Shown: piece after piece, positions 26,591 through 39,109 of the stretch | Position numbering within the stretch: position 1 is the first letter of the stretch | Layout of the letters: the number at the start of each line of letters is the position of its first letter | Assembly: GCA_964016885.1 (NCBI GenBank) | Contig: OZ024744.1 | Coordinates: 2,232,001 to 2,296,000 of the forward strand | Direction of reading: 5' to 3' | Length of the DNA: 64,000 nucleotides | Source of the DNA: Eledone cirrhosa | Taxonomy: Eukaryota | Translations under genes and position numbers: made by a program | The notes under the pieces: model-generated | What the model was told of the DNA's origin: nothing | Database searches by the model: none | Seen by the model: the letters and a program-made list of their open reading frames with translations, nothing else

Positions 26591-29500
26591 GCTATCTTTC
26601 TCTACCTTGTCTTCTCCCAAAACTTCGTTATTCACCAAGCTATCTTTCTCTACCTTGTCTTCCCTCAAAACTTCGTTCTTCACCAAGCTATCTTTCTCTA
26701 CCTTGTCTTCCCCCAAAACTTCGTTCTTCACCAAGCTATCTTTCTCTACATTGTCTTCCCCAAAACTTCGTTCTTCACCAAGCTATCTTTCTCTACCTTG
26801 TCTTCCCCCAAAACTTCGTTGTTCACCAAGCTATCTTTCTCTACCTTGTCTTCCCCCAAAACTTCGTTCTTCACCAAGCTATCTTTCTCTACCTTGTCTT
26901 CCCCCAAAACTTCGTTCTTCACCAAGCTATCTTTCTCTACCTTGTCTTCCCACAAAACTTCGTTCTTCACCAAGCTATCTTTCTCTACCTTGTCTTCCCA
27001 CAAAACGTCGTTCTTCACCAAGCTATCTTTCTCTACCTTGTCTTCCCCCAAAACTTCGTTCTTCACCAAGCTATCTTTCTCTAGCTTGTCTTCACACAAA
27101 ACTTCGTTCTTCACCAAGCTATCCTTCTCTACCTTGTCTTCCCACAAAACGTCATTCTTCACCAAGCTATCTTTCTCTACCTTGTCTTCCGTCAAAACTT
27201 CGTTCTTCACCAAGATATCTTTCTCTACCTTGTCTTCTCCCAAAACTTCGTTCTTCACCAAGCTATCTTTCTCTACCTTGTCTTCCCTCAGAACTTCGTT
27301 CTTCAACAAGCTATCTTTCTCTACCTTGTCTTCCCCCAAAACTTCGTTCTTCACCAAGCTATCTTTCTCTACATTGTCTTCCCCAAAACTTCGTTCTTCA
27401 CCAAGCTATCTTTCTCTACCTTGTCTTCCCTCAAAACGTCGTTCTTCACCAAGCTATCTTTCTCTACCTTGTCTTCCCCCAAAACTTCGTTCTTCACCAA
27501 GCTATCTTTCTCTACCTTGTCTTCCCCCAAAACTTCGTTCTTCACCAAGCTATCTTTCTCTACATTGTCTTCCCCAAAACTTCGTTCTTCACCAATCTAT
27601 CTTTCTCTACCTTGTCTTCCCTCAAAACGTCGTTCTTCACCAAGCTATCTTTCTCTACCTTGTCTTCTCCCAAAACTTCGTTATTCACCAAGCTATCTTT
27701 CTCTACCTTGTCTTCCCTCAAAACTTCGTTCTTCACCAAGCTATCTTTCTCTACCTTGTCTTCCCCCAAAATTTCGTTCTTCACCAAGCTATCTTTCTCT
27801 ACATTGTCTTCCCCAAATCTTCGTTCTTCACCAAGCTATCTTTCTCTACCTTGTCTTCCCCCAAAACTTCGTTGTTCACCAAGCTATCTTTCTCTACCTT
27901 GTCTTCCCCCAAAACTTCGTTCTTCACCAAGCTATCTTTCTCTACCTTGTCTTCCCCCAAAACTTCGTTCTTGACCAAGCTATCTTTCTCTACCTTGTCT
28001 TCCCACAAAACTTCGTTCTTCACCAAGCTATCTTTCTCTACCTTGTCTTCCCACAAAACGTCGTTCTTCACCAAGCTATCTTTCTCTACCTTGTCTTCCC
28101 TCAAAACTTCGTTCTTCACCAAGCTATCTTTTTCTACCTTGTCTTCCCCCAAAACTTCGTTCTACACCAAGCTATCTTTAACTACCTTGTCTTCCCCCAA
28201 AACTTCGTTCTTCACCAAGCTATCTTTCTCTACCTTGTCTTCCCTCAAAACTTCGTTCTTCACCAAGCTATCTTTCTCGAACTTGTCTTCTCCCAAAACT
28301 TCGTTATTCACCAAGCTATCTTTCTCTACCTTGTCTTCCCACAAAACGTCGTTCTTCACCAAGCTATCTTTCTCTACCTTGTCTTCCCTCAGAACTTCGT
28401 TCTTCACCAAGCTATCTTTCTCTACCTTGTCTTCCCTTAAAACGTCGTTCTTCACCAAGCTATCTTTCTCTACCTTGTCTTCTCCCAAAACTTCGTTATT
28501 CACCAAACTATCTTTCTCTACCTTGTCTTCCCTCAAAACTTCGTTCTTCACCAAGCTATCTTTCTCTACCTTGTCTTCCCCCAAAACTTCGTTCTTCACC
28601 AAGCTATCTTTCTCTACATTGTCTTCTCCAAAACTTCGTTCTTCACCAAGCTATCTTTCTCTACCTTGTCTTCCCCCAAACCTTCGTTGTTCACCAAGCT
28701 ATCTTTCTCTACCTTGTCTTCCCCCAAAACTTCGTTCTTCACCAAGCTATCTTTCTCTACATTGTCTTCCCCAAAACTTCGTTCTTCACCAAGCTATCTT
28801 TCTCTACCTTGTCTTCCCTCAAAACGTCGTTCTTCACCAAGCTATCTTTCTCTACCTTGTCTTCCCCCAAAACGTCGTTCTTCACCAAGCTATCTTTCTC
28901 TACCTTGTCTTCCCTCAAAACTTCGTTCTTCACCAAGCTATCTTTTTCTACCTTGTCTTCCCCCAAAACTTCGTTCTTCACCAAGCTATCTTTAACTACC
29001 TTGTCTTCCCCCAAAACTTCGTTCTTCACCAAGCTATCTTTCTCTACCTTGTCTTCCCTCGAAACTTCGTTCTTCACCAAGCTATCTTTCTCGAACTTGT
29101 CTTCTCCCAAAACTTCGTTATTCACCAAGCTATCTTTCTCTACCTTGTCTTCCCACAAAACGTCGTTCTTCACCAAGCTATCTTTCTCTACCTTGTCTTC
29201 CCTCAGAACTTCGTTCTTCACCAAGCTATCTTTCTCTACCTTGTCTTCCCTTAAAACGTCGTTCTTCACCAAGCTATCTTTCTCTACCTTGTCTTCTCCC
29301 AAAACTTCGTTATTCACCAAACTATCTTTCTCTACCTTGTCTTCCCTCAAAACTTCGTTCTTCACCAAGCTATCTTTCTCTACCTTGTCTTCCCCCAAAA
29401 CTTAGTTCTTCACCAAGCTATATTTCTCTACCTTGTCTTCCCCCAAAACTTCGTTCTTCACCAAGTCATCTTTCTCTACCTTGTCATCCCTCAAAACTTC

Positions 29501-32500
29501 GTTCTTCAACAATCTATCTTTCTCTACCTTGTCTTCCCCTAAAACTACGTTCTTCACCAAGCTATCTTTCTCTAGCTTGTCTTCACACAAAACCTCGTTC
29601 TTCACCAAGCTATCTTTCTCTACCTTGTCTTCCCACAAAACGTCATTTTTCACCAAGCTATCTTTCTCTACCTTGTCTTCTCCCAAAACTTCGTTCTTCA
29701 CCAAGCTATCTTTCTCTACCTTGTCTTCCCTCAGAACTTCGTTCTTCACCAAGCTATCTTTCTCTACCTTGTCCTCCCCCAAAACTTCGTTCTTCACCAG
29801 GCTATATTTCTCTATCTTGTCTTCCCCCAAAACTTCGTTCTTCACCAAGTCATCTTTCTCTAGCTTGTCATCCCTCAAAACTTCGTTCTTCACCAATCTA
29901 TCTTTCTCTACCTTGTCTTCCCCCAAAACTACGTTCTTCACCAAGCTATCTTTCTCTAGCTTGTCTTCACACAAAACCTCGTTCTTCACCAAGCTATCTT
30001 TCTCTACCTTGTCTTCCCACAAAACGTCATTCTTCACCAAGCTATCTTTCTCTACCTTGTCTTCTCCCAAAACTTCGTTCTTCACCAAGCTATCTTTCTC
30101 TACCTTGTCTTCCCTCAGAACTTCGTTCTTCACCAAGCTATCTTTCTCTACCTTGTCCTCCCCCAAAACTTCGTTCTTCACCAAGCTATCTTTCTCTACC
30201 TTGTCTTCCCCCAAAACTTCGTTCTTCGCAAGCTATCTTTCTCTACCTTGTCTTCCGTCAAAACTTCGTTCTTCACCAAGATATCTTTCTCTACCTTGTC
30301 TTCCCACAAAACGTCGTTCTTCACCAAGCTATCTTTCTCTACCTTGTCTTCCCTCAGAACTTCGTTCTTCACCAAGCTATCTTTCTCTACCTTGTCTTCC
30401 CCCAAAACTTCGTTCTTCACCAAGCTATCTTTCTCTACATTGTCTTCCCCAAAACTTCGTTCTTCACCAAGCTATCTTTCTCTACCTTGTCTTCCCCCAA
30501 AACTTCGTTCTTCACCAAGCTATCTTTCTCTACCTTGTCTTCCCACAAAACGTCATTCTTCACCAAGCTATCTTTCTCGACCTTGTCTTCCGTCAAAACT
30601 TCGTTCTTCACCAAGATATCTTTCTCTACCTTGTCTTCCCACAAAACGTCGTTCTTCACCAAGCTATCTTTCTCTACCTTGTCTTCCCTCAGAACTTCGT
30701 TCTTCACCAAGCTATCTTTCTCTACCTTGTCTTCCCCCAAAACTTCGTTCTTCACCAAGCTATCTTTCTCTACATTGTCTTCCCCAAAACTTCGTTCTTC
30801 ACCAAGCTATCTTTCTCTACCTTGTCTTCCCCCAAAACTTCGTTCTTCACCAAGCTATCTTTCTCCACCTTGTCTTCCCACAAAACTTCGTTCTTCACCA
30901 AGCTATCTTTCTCTACCTTGTCTTCCCCCAAAACTTCGTTCTTCACCAAGCTATCTTTCTCTACATTGTCTTCCCCAAAACTTCGTTCTTCACCAAGCTA
31001 TCTTTCTCTACCTTGTCTTCCCTCAAAACGTCGTTCTTCACCAAGCTATCTTTCTCTACCTTGTCTTCTCCCAAAACTTCGTTATTCACCAAGCTATCTT
31101 TCTCTACCTTGTCTTCCCTCAAAACTTCGTTCTTCACCAAGCTATCTTTCTCTACCTTGTCTTCCCCCAAAACTTCGTTCTTCACCAAGCTATCTTTCTC
31201 TACATTGTCTTCCCCAAAACTTCGTTCTTCACCAAGCTATCTTTCTCTACCTTGTCTTCCCCCAAAACTTCGTTGTTCACCAAGCTATCTTTCTCTACCT
31301 TGTCTTCCCCCAAAACTTCGTTCTTCACCAAGCTATCTTTCTCTACCTTGTCTTCCCACAAAACTTCGTTCTTCACCAAGCTATCTTTCTCTACCTTGTC
31401 TTCCCACAAAACGTCGTTCTTCACCAAGCTATCTTTCTCTACCTTGTCTTCCCCCAAAACTTCGTTCTTCACCAAGCTATCTTTCTCTAGCTTGTCTTCA
31501 CACAAAACTTCGTTCTTCACCAAGCTATCCTTCTCTACCTTGTCTTCCCACAAAACGTCATTCTTCACCAAGCTATCTTTCTCTACCTTGTCTTCCGTCA
31601 AAACTTCGTTCTTCACCAAGATATCTTTCTCTACCTTGTCTTCTCCCAAAACTTCGTTCTTCACCAAGCTATCTTTCTCTACATTGTCTTCCCTCAGAAC
31701 TTCGTTCTTCAACAAGCTATCTTTCTCTACCTTGTCTTCCCCCAAAACTTCGTTCTTCACCAAGCTATATTTCTCTACATTGTCTTCCCCAAAACTTCGT
31801 TCTTCACCAAGCTATCTTTCTCTACCTTGTCTTCCCTCAAAACGTCGTTCTTCACCAAGCTATCTTTCTCTACCTTGTCTTCCCCCAAAACTTCGTTCTT
31901 CACCAAGCTATCTTTCTCTACCTTGTCTTCCCCCAAAACTTCGTTCTTCACCAAGCTATCTTTCTCTACATTGTCTTCCCCAAAACTTCGTTCTTCACCA
32001 ATCTATCTTTCTCTACCTTGTCTTCCCTCAAAACGTCGTTCTTCACCAAGCTATCTTTCTCTACCTTGTCTTCTCCCAAAACTTCGTTATTCACCAAGCT
32101 ATCTTTCTCTACCTTGTCTTCCCTCAAAACTTCGTTCTTCACCAAGCTATCTTTCTCTACCTTGTCTTCCCCCAAAATTTCGTTCTTCACCAAGCTATCT
32201 TTCTCTACATTGTCTTCCCCAAAACTTCGTTCTTCACCAAGCTATCTTTCTCTACCTTGTCTTCCCCCAAAACTTCGTTGTTCACCAAGCTATCTTTCTC
32301 TACCTTGTCTTCCCCCAAAACTTCGTTCTTCACCAAGCTATCTTTCTCTACCTTGTCTTCCCCCAAAACTTCGTTCTTGACCAAGCTATCTTTCTCTACC
32401 TTGTCTTCCCACAAAACTTCGTTCTTCACCAAGCTATCTTTCTCTACCTTGTCTTCCCACAAAACGTCGTTCTTCACCAAGCTATCTTTCTCTACCTTGT

Positions 32501-35500
32501 CTTCCCTCAAAACTTCGTTCTTCACCAAGCTATCTTTTTTCTACCTTGTCTTCCCCCAAAACTTCGTTCTTCACCAAGCTATCTTTAACTACCTTGTCTT
32601 CCCCCAAAACTTCGTTCTTCACCAAGCTATCTTTCTCTACCTTGTCTTCCCTCAAAACTTCGTTCTTCACCAAGCTATCTTTCTCGAACTTGTCTTCTCC
32701 CAAAACTTCGTTATTCACCAAGCTATCTTTCTCTACCTTGTCTTCCCACAAAACGTCGTTCTTCACCAAGCTATCTTTAACTACCTTGTCTTCCCCCAAA
32801 ACTTCGTTCTTCACCAAGCTATCTTTCTCTACCTTGTCTTCCCCCAAACCTTCTTTCTTCACCAAGCTATCTTTCTCTACCTTGTCTTCCCCCAAAACTT
32901 CGTTCTTCACCAAGCTATCTTTCTCTACCTTGTCTTCCCCCAAAACTTCGTTCTTCACCAAGCTATCTTTCTCTACCTTGTCTTCCCACAAAACTTCGTT
33001 CTTCACCAAGCTATCTTTCTCTACCTTGTCTTCCCACAAAACGTCGTTCTTCACCAAGCTATCTTTCTCTACCTTGTCTTCCCTCAAAACTTCGTTATTC
33101 ACCAAGCTATCTTTCTCTACCTTGTCTCCCCCCAAAACTTCGTTCTTCACCAAGCTATCTTTCTCTGCCTTGTCTTCCCTCAAAACTTCGTTAGTTCTTC
33201 ACCAAGCTATCTTTTTCTACCTTGCCTTCCCGCAAAACTTCGTTCTTCATCACGCTATCTTTCTCTACTTTGTCATCCCTCAAAACGTCGTTCTTCACCA
33301 AGCTATCTTTCTCTACCTTGTCTTCCCTCAAAACTTCGTTCGTTCTTCATCAAGCTATCTTTCTCTACCTTGTCTTCCCTCAAAACTTCGTTCTTCACCA
33401 AGCTATCTTTCTCTACCTTGTATTCCCCCAAAACTTCGTTCTTCATCAAGCTATCTTTCTCTACCTTGTCTTCCCTCAAAACGTCGTTCTTCACCAAGCT
33501 ATCTTTCTGTACCTTGTCTTCCCACAAAACTTCCTTCTTCATCAAGCTATCTTTCTCTACCTTGTCTTCCCCCAAAACTTCGTTCTTCACCAAGCTATCT
33601 TTCTCTACCTTGTCTTCCCCCAACACTTCGTTCTTCATCAAGCTATCTTTCTCTACCTTGTCTTCCCTCAAAACGTCGTTCTTCACCAAGCTATCTTTCT
33701 CTACCTTGTCTTCCCCCAACACTTCGTTCTTCACCAAGCTATCTTTCTCTACCTTGTCTTCCCCCAACACTTCGTTCTTCATCAAGCTATCTTTCTCTAC
33801 TTTGTCATCCCTCAAAACGTCGTTCTTCACCAAGCTATCTTTCTCTACCTTGTCTTCCCTCAAGACTTCGTTCGTTCTTCACCAAGCTATCTTACTCTAC
33901 CTTGTCTTCCCACAAAACTTCGTTCTTCATCAAGCTATCTTTCTCTACCTTGTCTTCCCTCAAAACGTCGTTCTTCACCAAGCTATCTTTCTCTACCTTG
34001 TCTTCCCCCAAAACGTCGTTCTTCACCAAGCTATCTTTCTCTACCTTGTCTTCCCCCAAAACTTCGTTCTTCACCAAGCTATCTGTCTCTACCTTGTCTT
34101 CCCCCAAAACTTCGTTCTTCACCAAGCTATCTTTCTCTACCTTGTCTTCCCACAAAACTTCGTTCTTCACCAAGCTATCTTTCTCTACCTTGTCTTCCCA
34201 CAAAACGTCGTTCTTCACCAAGCTATCTTTCTCTACCCATTCTTCCCTCAAAACTTCGTTCTTCACCAAGCTATCTTTCTCTACCTTGTCATCCCTCAAA
34301 ACGTCGTTCTTCACCCAGCTATCTTTGTCTACCCATTCTTCCATCAAAACTTCGTTCTTCACCAAGCTATCTTTCTCTACCTTGTCTTCCCCAAAACTTC
34401 GTTCTTCACCAAGCTATCTTTCTCTACCTTGTCTTCCCTCAAAACTTCGTTATTCACCAAGCTATCTTTCTCTACCTTGCCTTCCCGCAAAACTTCGTTC
34501 TTCATCAAGCTATCTTTCTCTACTTTGTCTTCCCTCAAAACGTCGTTCTTCACCAAGCTATCTTTCTCTACCTTGTCTTGCCTCAAAACATCGTTCGTTC
34601 TTCATCAAGCTATCTTTCTCTACCTTGTCTTCCCTCAAAACTTCGTTCTTCACCAAGCTATCTTTCTCTACCTTGTCTTCCCCCAAAACTTCGTTCTTCA
34701 TCAAGCTATATTTCTCTACCTTGTCTTCCCTCAAAACGTCGTTCTTCACCAAGCTATCTTTCTCTACCTTGTCTTCCCACAAAACTTCGTTCTTCTTCAA
34801 GCTATCTTTCTCTACCTTGTCTTCCCTCAAAATGTCGTTCTTCGCCAAGCTATCTTTCTCTACCTTGTCTTCCCACAAAACTTCGTTCTTCACCAAGCTA
34901 TCTTTCTCTACCTTGTCTTCCCACAAAACGTCGTTCTTCACCAAGCTATCTTTCCCTACCTTGTCTTCCCTCAAAACGTCGTTCTTCACCAAGCTATCTT
35001 TCTCTACCCATTCTTACCTCAAAACTTCGTTCTTCACCAAGCTATCTTTCTCTACCTTGTCTTCCCCCAAAACTTCGTTCTTCACCAAGCTCTCTTTCTC
35101 TACCTTGTCTTCCCTCAAAACTTCGTTCTTCACCAAGCTATCTTTCTCTACCCTGTCTTCCCCCAAAACTTCGTTCCTCACCAAGCTATCTTTCTCTACA
35201 TTGTCTTCCCTCAAAGCTTCGTTCTTCACCAAGCTATCTTTCTCTACCTTGTCTTCCCCCAAAACTTCGTTCTCCACCAAGCTATCTTTCTCTACCTTGT
35301 CTTCCCCCAACACTTCGTTCTTCATCAAGCTATCTTTCTCTACCTTGTCTTCCCTCAAAGCGTCGTTCTTCACCAAGCTATCTGTCTCTACCTTGTCTTC
35401 CCCCAACACTTCGTTCTTCATCAAGCTATCTTTCTCTACCTTGTCTTTCCTCAAAACGTCGTTCTTCACCAAGCTATCTGTCTCTACCTTGTCTTCCCCC

Positions 35501-36549
35501 AAAACTTCGTTCTTCACCAAGCTATCTTTCTCTACCCATTCTTCCCTCAAAACTTCGTTCTTCACCAAGCTATCTTTCTCTACCTTGTCTTCCCCCAAAA
35601 CTTCGTTCTTCACCAAGCTATCTTTCTCTACCTTGTCTTTCCACAAAACTTCGTTCTTCACCAAGCTATCTTTCTCTACCTTGTCTTCCCACAAAACGTC
35701 GTTCTTCAGCAAGCTATCTTTCTGTACCTTGTCTTCCCTCAAAACTTCGTTCTTCACCAAGCTATCTTTCTCTACCTTTTTTTCCCTCAAAACTTCGTTC
35801 TTCATCAAGCTATCGTTCTCTACTTTGTCTTCCCTCAAAACGTCGTTCTTCACCAAGCTATCCTTCTCTACCTTGTCTTCCCTCAAAACTTCGTTCGTTC
35901 TTCACCAAGCTATCTTTCTCTACCTTGTCTTCCCACAAAACTTCGTTCTTCATCAAGCTATCTTTCTCTACCTTGTCTTCCCTCAAAACGTCGTTCTTCA
36001 CCAAGCTATCTTTCTCTACCTTGTCTTCCCTCAAAACTTCGTTCTTCACCAAGCTATCTTACTCTACCTTGTCTTCCCTCAAAACTTCGTTCTTGATCAA
36101 GCTATCTTTCTCTACCTTGTCTTCCCTCAAAACTTCGTTCTTCAATAAGCAATCTTTCTCTACCTTGTCTTCCCTCAAAACTTCGTTCTTCACCAAGCTA
36201 TCTTTCTCTACCTTGTCTTCCCTCAAAACTTCGTTCTTCACCAAGCTATCTTTCTCTACCTTGTCTTCCCCCAAAACTTCGTTCTTCACCAAGCTATCTT
36301 TCTCTACCTTGTCTTCCCTCAAAACTTCGTTCTTCACCAGGCTATCTTTCTCTACCTTGCCTTCCCGCAAAACTTCGTTCTTCATCAAGCTATCTTTCTC
36401 TAATTTGTCATCCCTCAAAACGTCGTTCTTCACCAAGCTATCTTTCTCTACCTTGTCTTCCCTCAAAATTTCGTTCGTTCTTCATCAAGCTATCTTTCTC
36501 TACCTTGTCTTCCCTCAAAACTTCCTTCTTCACCAAGCTATCTTTCTCT

Positions 36550-38430
36550 ACCTTGTCTTCCCCCAAAACTTCGTTCTTCATCAAGCTATCTTTCTCTATC
36601 TTGTCTTCCCTCAAAACGTCGTTCTTCACCAAGCTATCTTTCTCTACATTGCCTTCCCCCAAAATTTCGTTCTTCACCAAGCTATCTTTCTCTACCTTGT
36701 CTTCCCCCAAAATTTCGTTCTTCACCAAGCTATCTTTCTCTACCTTGTCTTCCCCCAAAACTTCGTTCTTCACCAAGATATCTTTATCAACCTTGTCTTC
36801 CCACAAAACTTCGTTCTTCACCAAGCTATCTTTGTCTACCTTGTCTTCCCACAAAACGTCGTTCTTCACCAAGCTATCTTTCTCTACCTTGTCTTCCCTC
36901 AAAACGTCGTTCTTCGCCAAGCTATCTTTCTCTACCCATTCTTCCCTCAAAACTTCGTTCTTCGCCAAGCTATCTTTCTCTACCTTGTCTTCCCCCAAAA
37001 CTTAGTTCTTCACCAAGCTATCTTTCTCTACCTTGTCTTCCCTCAAACTTCGTTCTTCACCAAGCTATCTTTCTCTACCTTGTCTTCCCCCAAAACTTCG
37101 TTCCTCACCAAGCTATCTTTCTCTACCTTGTCTCCCCCCAAAACTTCGTTCTTCACCAAGCTATCTTTCTCTGCCTTGTCTTCCCTCAAAACTTCGTTTG
37201 TTCTTCACCAAGCTATCTTTCTCTACCTTGTCTTCCCCCAAAACTTCGTTCTTCGCAAGCTATCTTTCTCTACCTTGTCTTCCCTCAAAACTTCGTTCTA
37301 CACCAAGCTATCTTACTCTACCTTGTCTTCCCTCAAAACTTCGTTCTTGATCAAGCTATCTTTCTCTACCTTGTCTTCCCTCAAAACTTCGTTCTTCACC
37401 AAGCTATTCTTCTCTACCTTGTCTTCCCTCAAAACTTCCTTCTTCACCAAGCTATGTTTCTCTACCTTGTCTTCCCTCAAAACGTCGTTCTTCACCAAGC
37501 TATCTTTCTGTACCTTGTCTTCCCACAAAACTTCGTTCTTCATCAAGCTATCTTTCTCTATCTTGTCTTCCCTCAAAACGTCGTTCTTCACCAAGCTATC
37601 TTTCTCTACATTGCCTTCCCCCAAAACTTCGTTCTTCACCAAGCTATCTTTCTCTACCTTGTCTTCCCCCAAAATTTCGTTCTTCACCAAGCTATCTTTC
37701 TCTACCTTGTCTTCCCCCAAAACTTCGTTCTTCACCAAGATATCTTTATCAACCTTGTCTTCCCACAAAACTTCGTTCTTCACCAAGCTATCTTTGTCTA
37801 CCTTGTCTTCCCACAAAACGTCGTTCTTCACCAAGCTATCTTTCTCTACCTTGTCTTCCCTCAAAACGTCGTTCTTCGCCAAGCTATCTTTCTCTACCCA
37901 TTCTTCCCTCAAAACCTCGTTCTTCACCAAGCTATCTTTCTCTACCTTGTCTTCCCCCAAAACTTAGTTCTTCACCAAGCTATCTTTCTCTACCTTGTCT
38001 TCCCTCAAACTTCGTTCTTCACCAAGCTATCTTTCTCTACCTTGTCTTCCCCCAAAACTTCGTTCCTCACCAAGCTATCTTTCTCTACCTTGTCTCCCCC
38101 CAAAACTTCGTTCTTCACCAAGCTATCTTTCTCTACCTTGTCTTCCCTCAAAACTTCGTTCGTTCTTCACCAAGCTATCTTTCTCTACCTTGTCTTCCCC
38201 CAAAACTTCGTTCTTCGCAAGCTATCTTTCTCTACCTTGTCTTCCCTCAAAACTTCGTTCTACACCAAGCTATCTTACTCTACCTTGTCTTCCCTCAAAA
38301 CTTCGTTCTTGATCAAGCTATCTTTCTCTACCTTGTCTTCCCTCAAAACTTCGTTCTTCACCAAGCTATTCTTCTCTACCTTGTCTTCCCTCAAAACTTC
38401 CTTCTTCACCAAGCTATCTTTCTCTACCTT
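36550..38430. repeat. 962-bp (20-monomer) tandem duplication
   Basis: ORF pairs 37033/37995 and 37313/38275. The order of rare variants (CTTAG, 47-bp CTCAAAC, TTCGCAAG, TTCTACAC, TTGATC, CTATTC) is shared. Confidence 0.8.
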
Positions 38431-39109
38431 GTCTTCCCTCAAAACTTCGTTCTTCACCAAGCTATCTTTCTCTACCTTGTCTTCCGCAAAAACTTCGTTC
38501 TTCACCAAGCTATCTTTCTATACCTTGTCTTCCCTCAAAACTTCGTTCTTCACCAAGCTATTTTCTCTACCTTGCCTTCCCGCAAAACTTCGTTCTTCAT
38601 CAAGCTATCTTTCTCTACTTTGTCCTCCCTCAAAACGTCGTTCTTCACCAAGCTATCTTTCTCTACCCATTCTTCCATCAAAACTTCGTTCTTCACCAAG
38701 CTATCTTTCTCTACCTTGTCTTCCCCCAAAACTTCGTTCTTCACCAAGCTATCTTTCTCTACCTTGTCTTCCCACAAAACTTCGTTCTTCACCAAGCTAT
38801 CTTTCTCTACCTTGTCTTCCCACAAAACGTCGTTCTTCAGCAAGCTATCTTTCTGCACCTTGTCTTCCCTCAAAACGTCGTTCTTCACCAAGCTATCTTT
38901 CTCTACCCATTCTTCCCTCAAAACTTCGTTCTTCACCAAGCTATCTTTCTCTACCTTGTCTTCCCCCAAAACTTCGTTCTTCACCAAGCTATCTTTCTCT
39001 ACCTTGCCTTCCCTCAAAACTTCGTTCTTCATCAAGCTATTTTTCTCTACTTTGTCTTCCCTCAAACTTCGTTCTTCACCAAGCTAACTTTCTCTACCCA
39101 TTCTTCCCT

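Larger units (their letters stand above)
1..33180. repeat. Satellite subfamily domain A (left)
   Basis: TTCCCCCAAAA monomers dominate. Diagnostic variants are the 47-bp TACATTGTCTTCCCCAAAA, CTCAGAAC, AAGTCATC, TAGCTTGTCTTCACAC and TTCCGTC..AAGATATC. I did not see these combined variants after about 32.3 kb. Confidence 0.85.
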
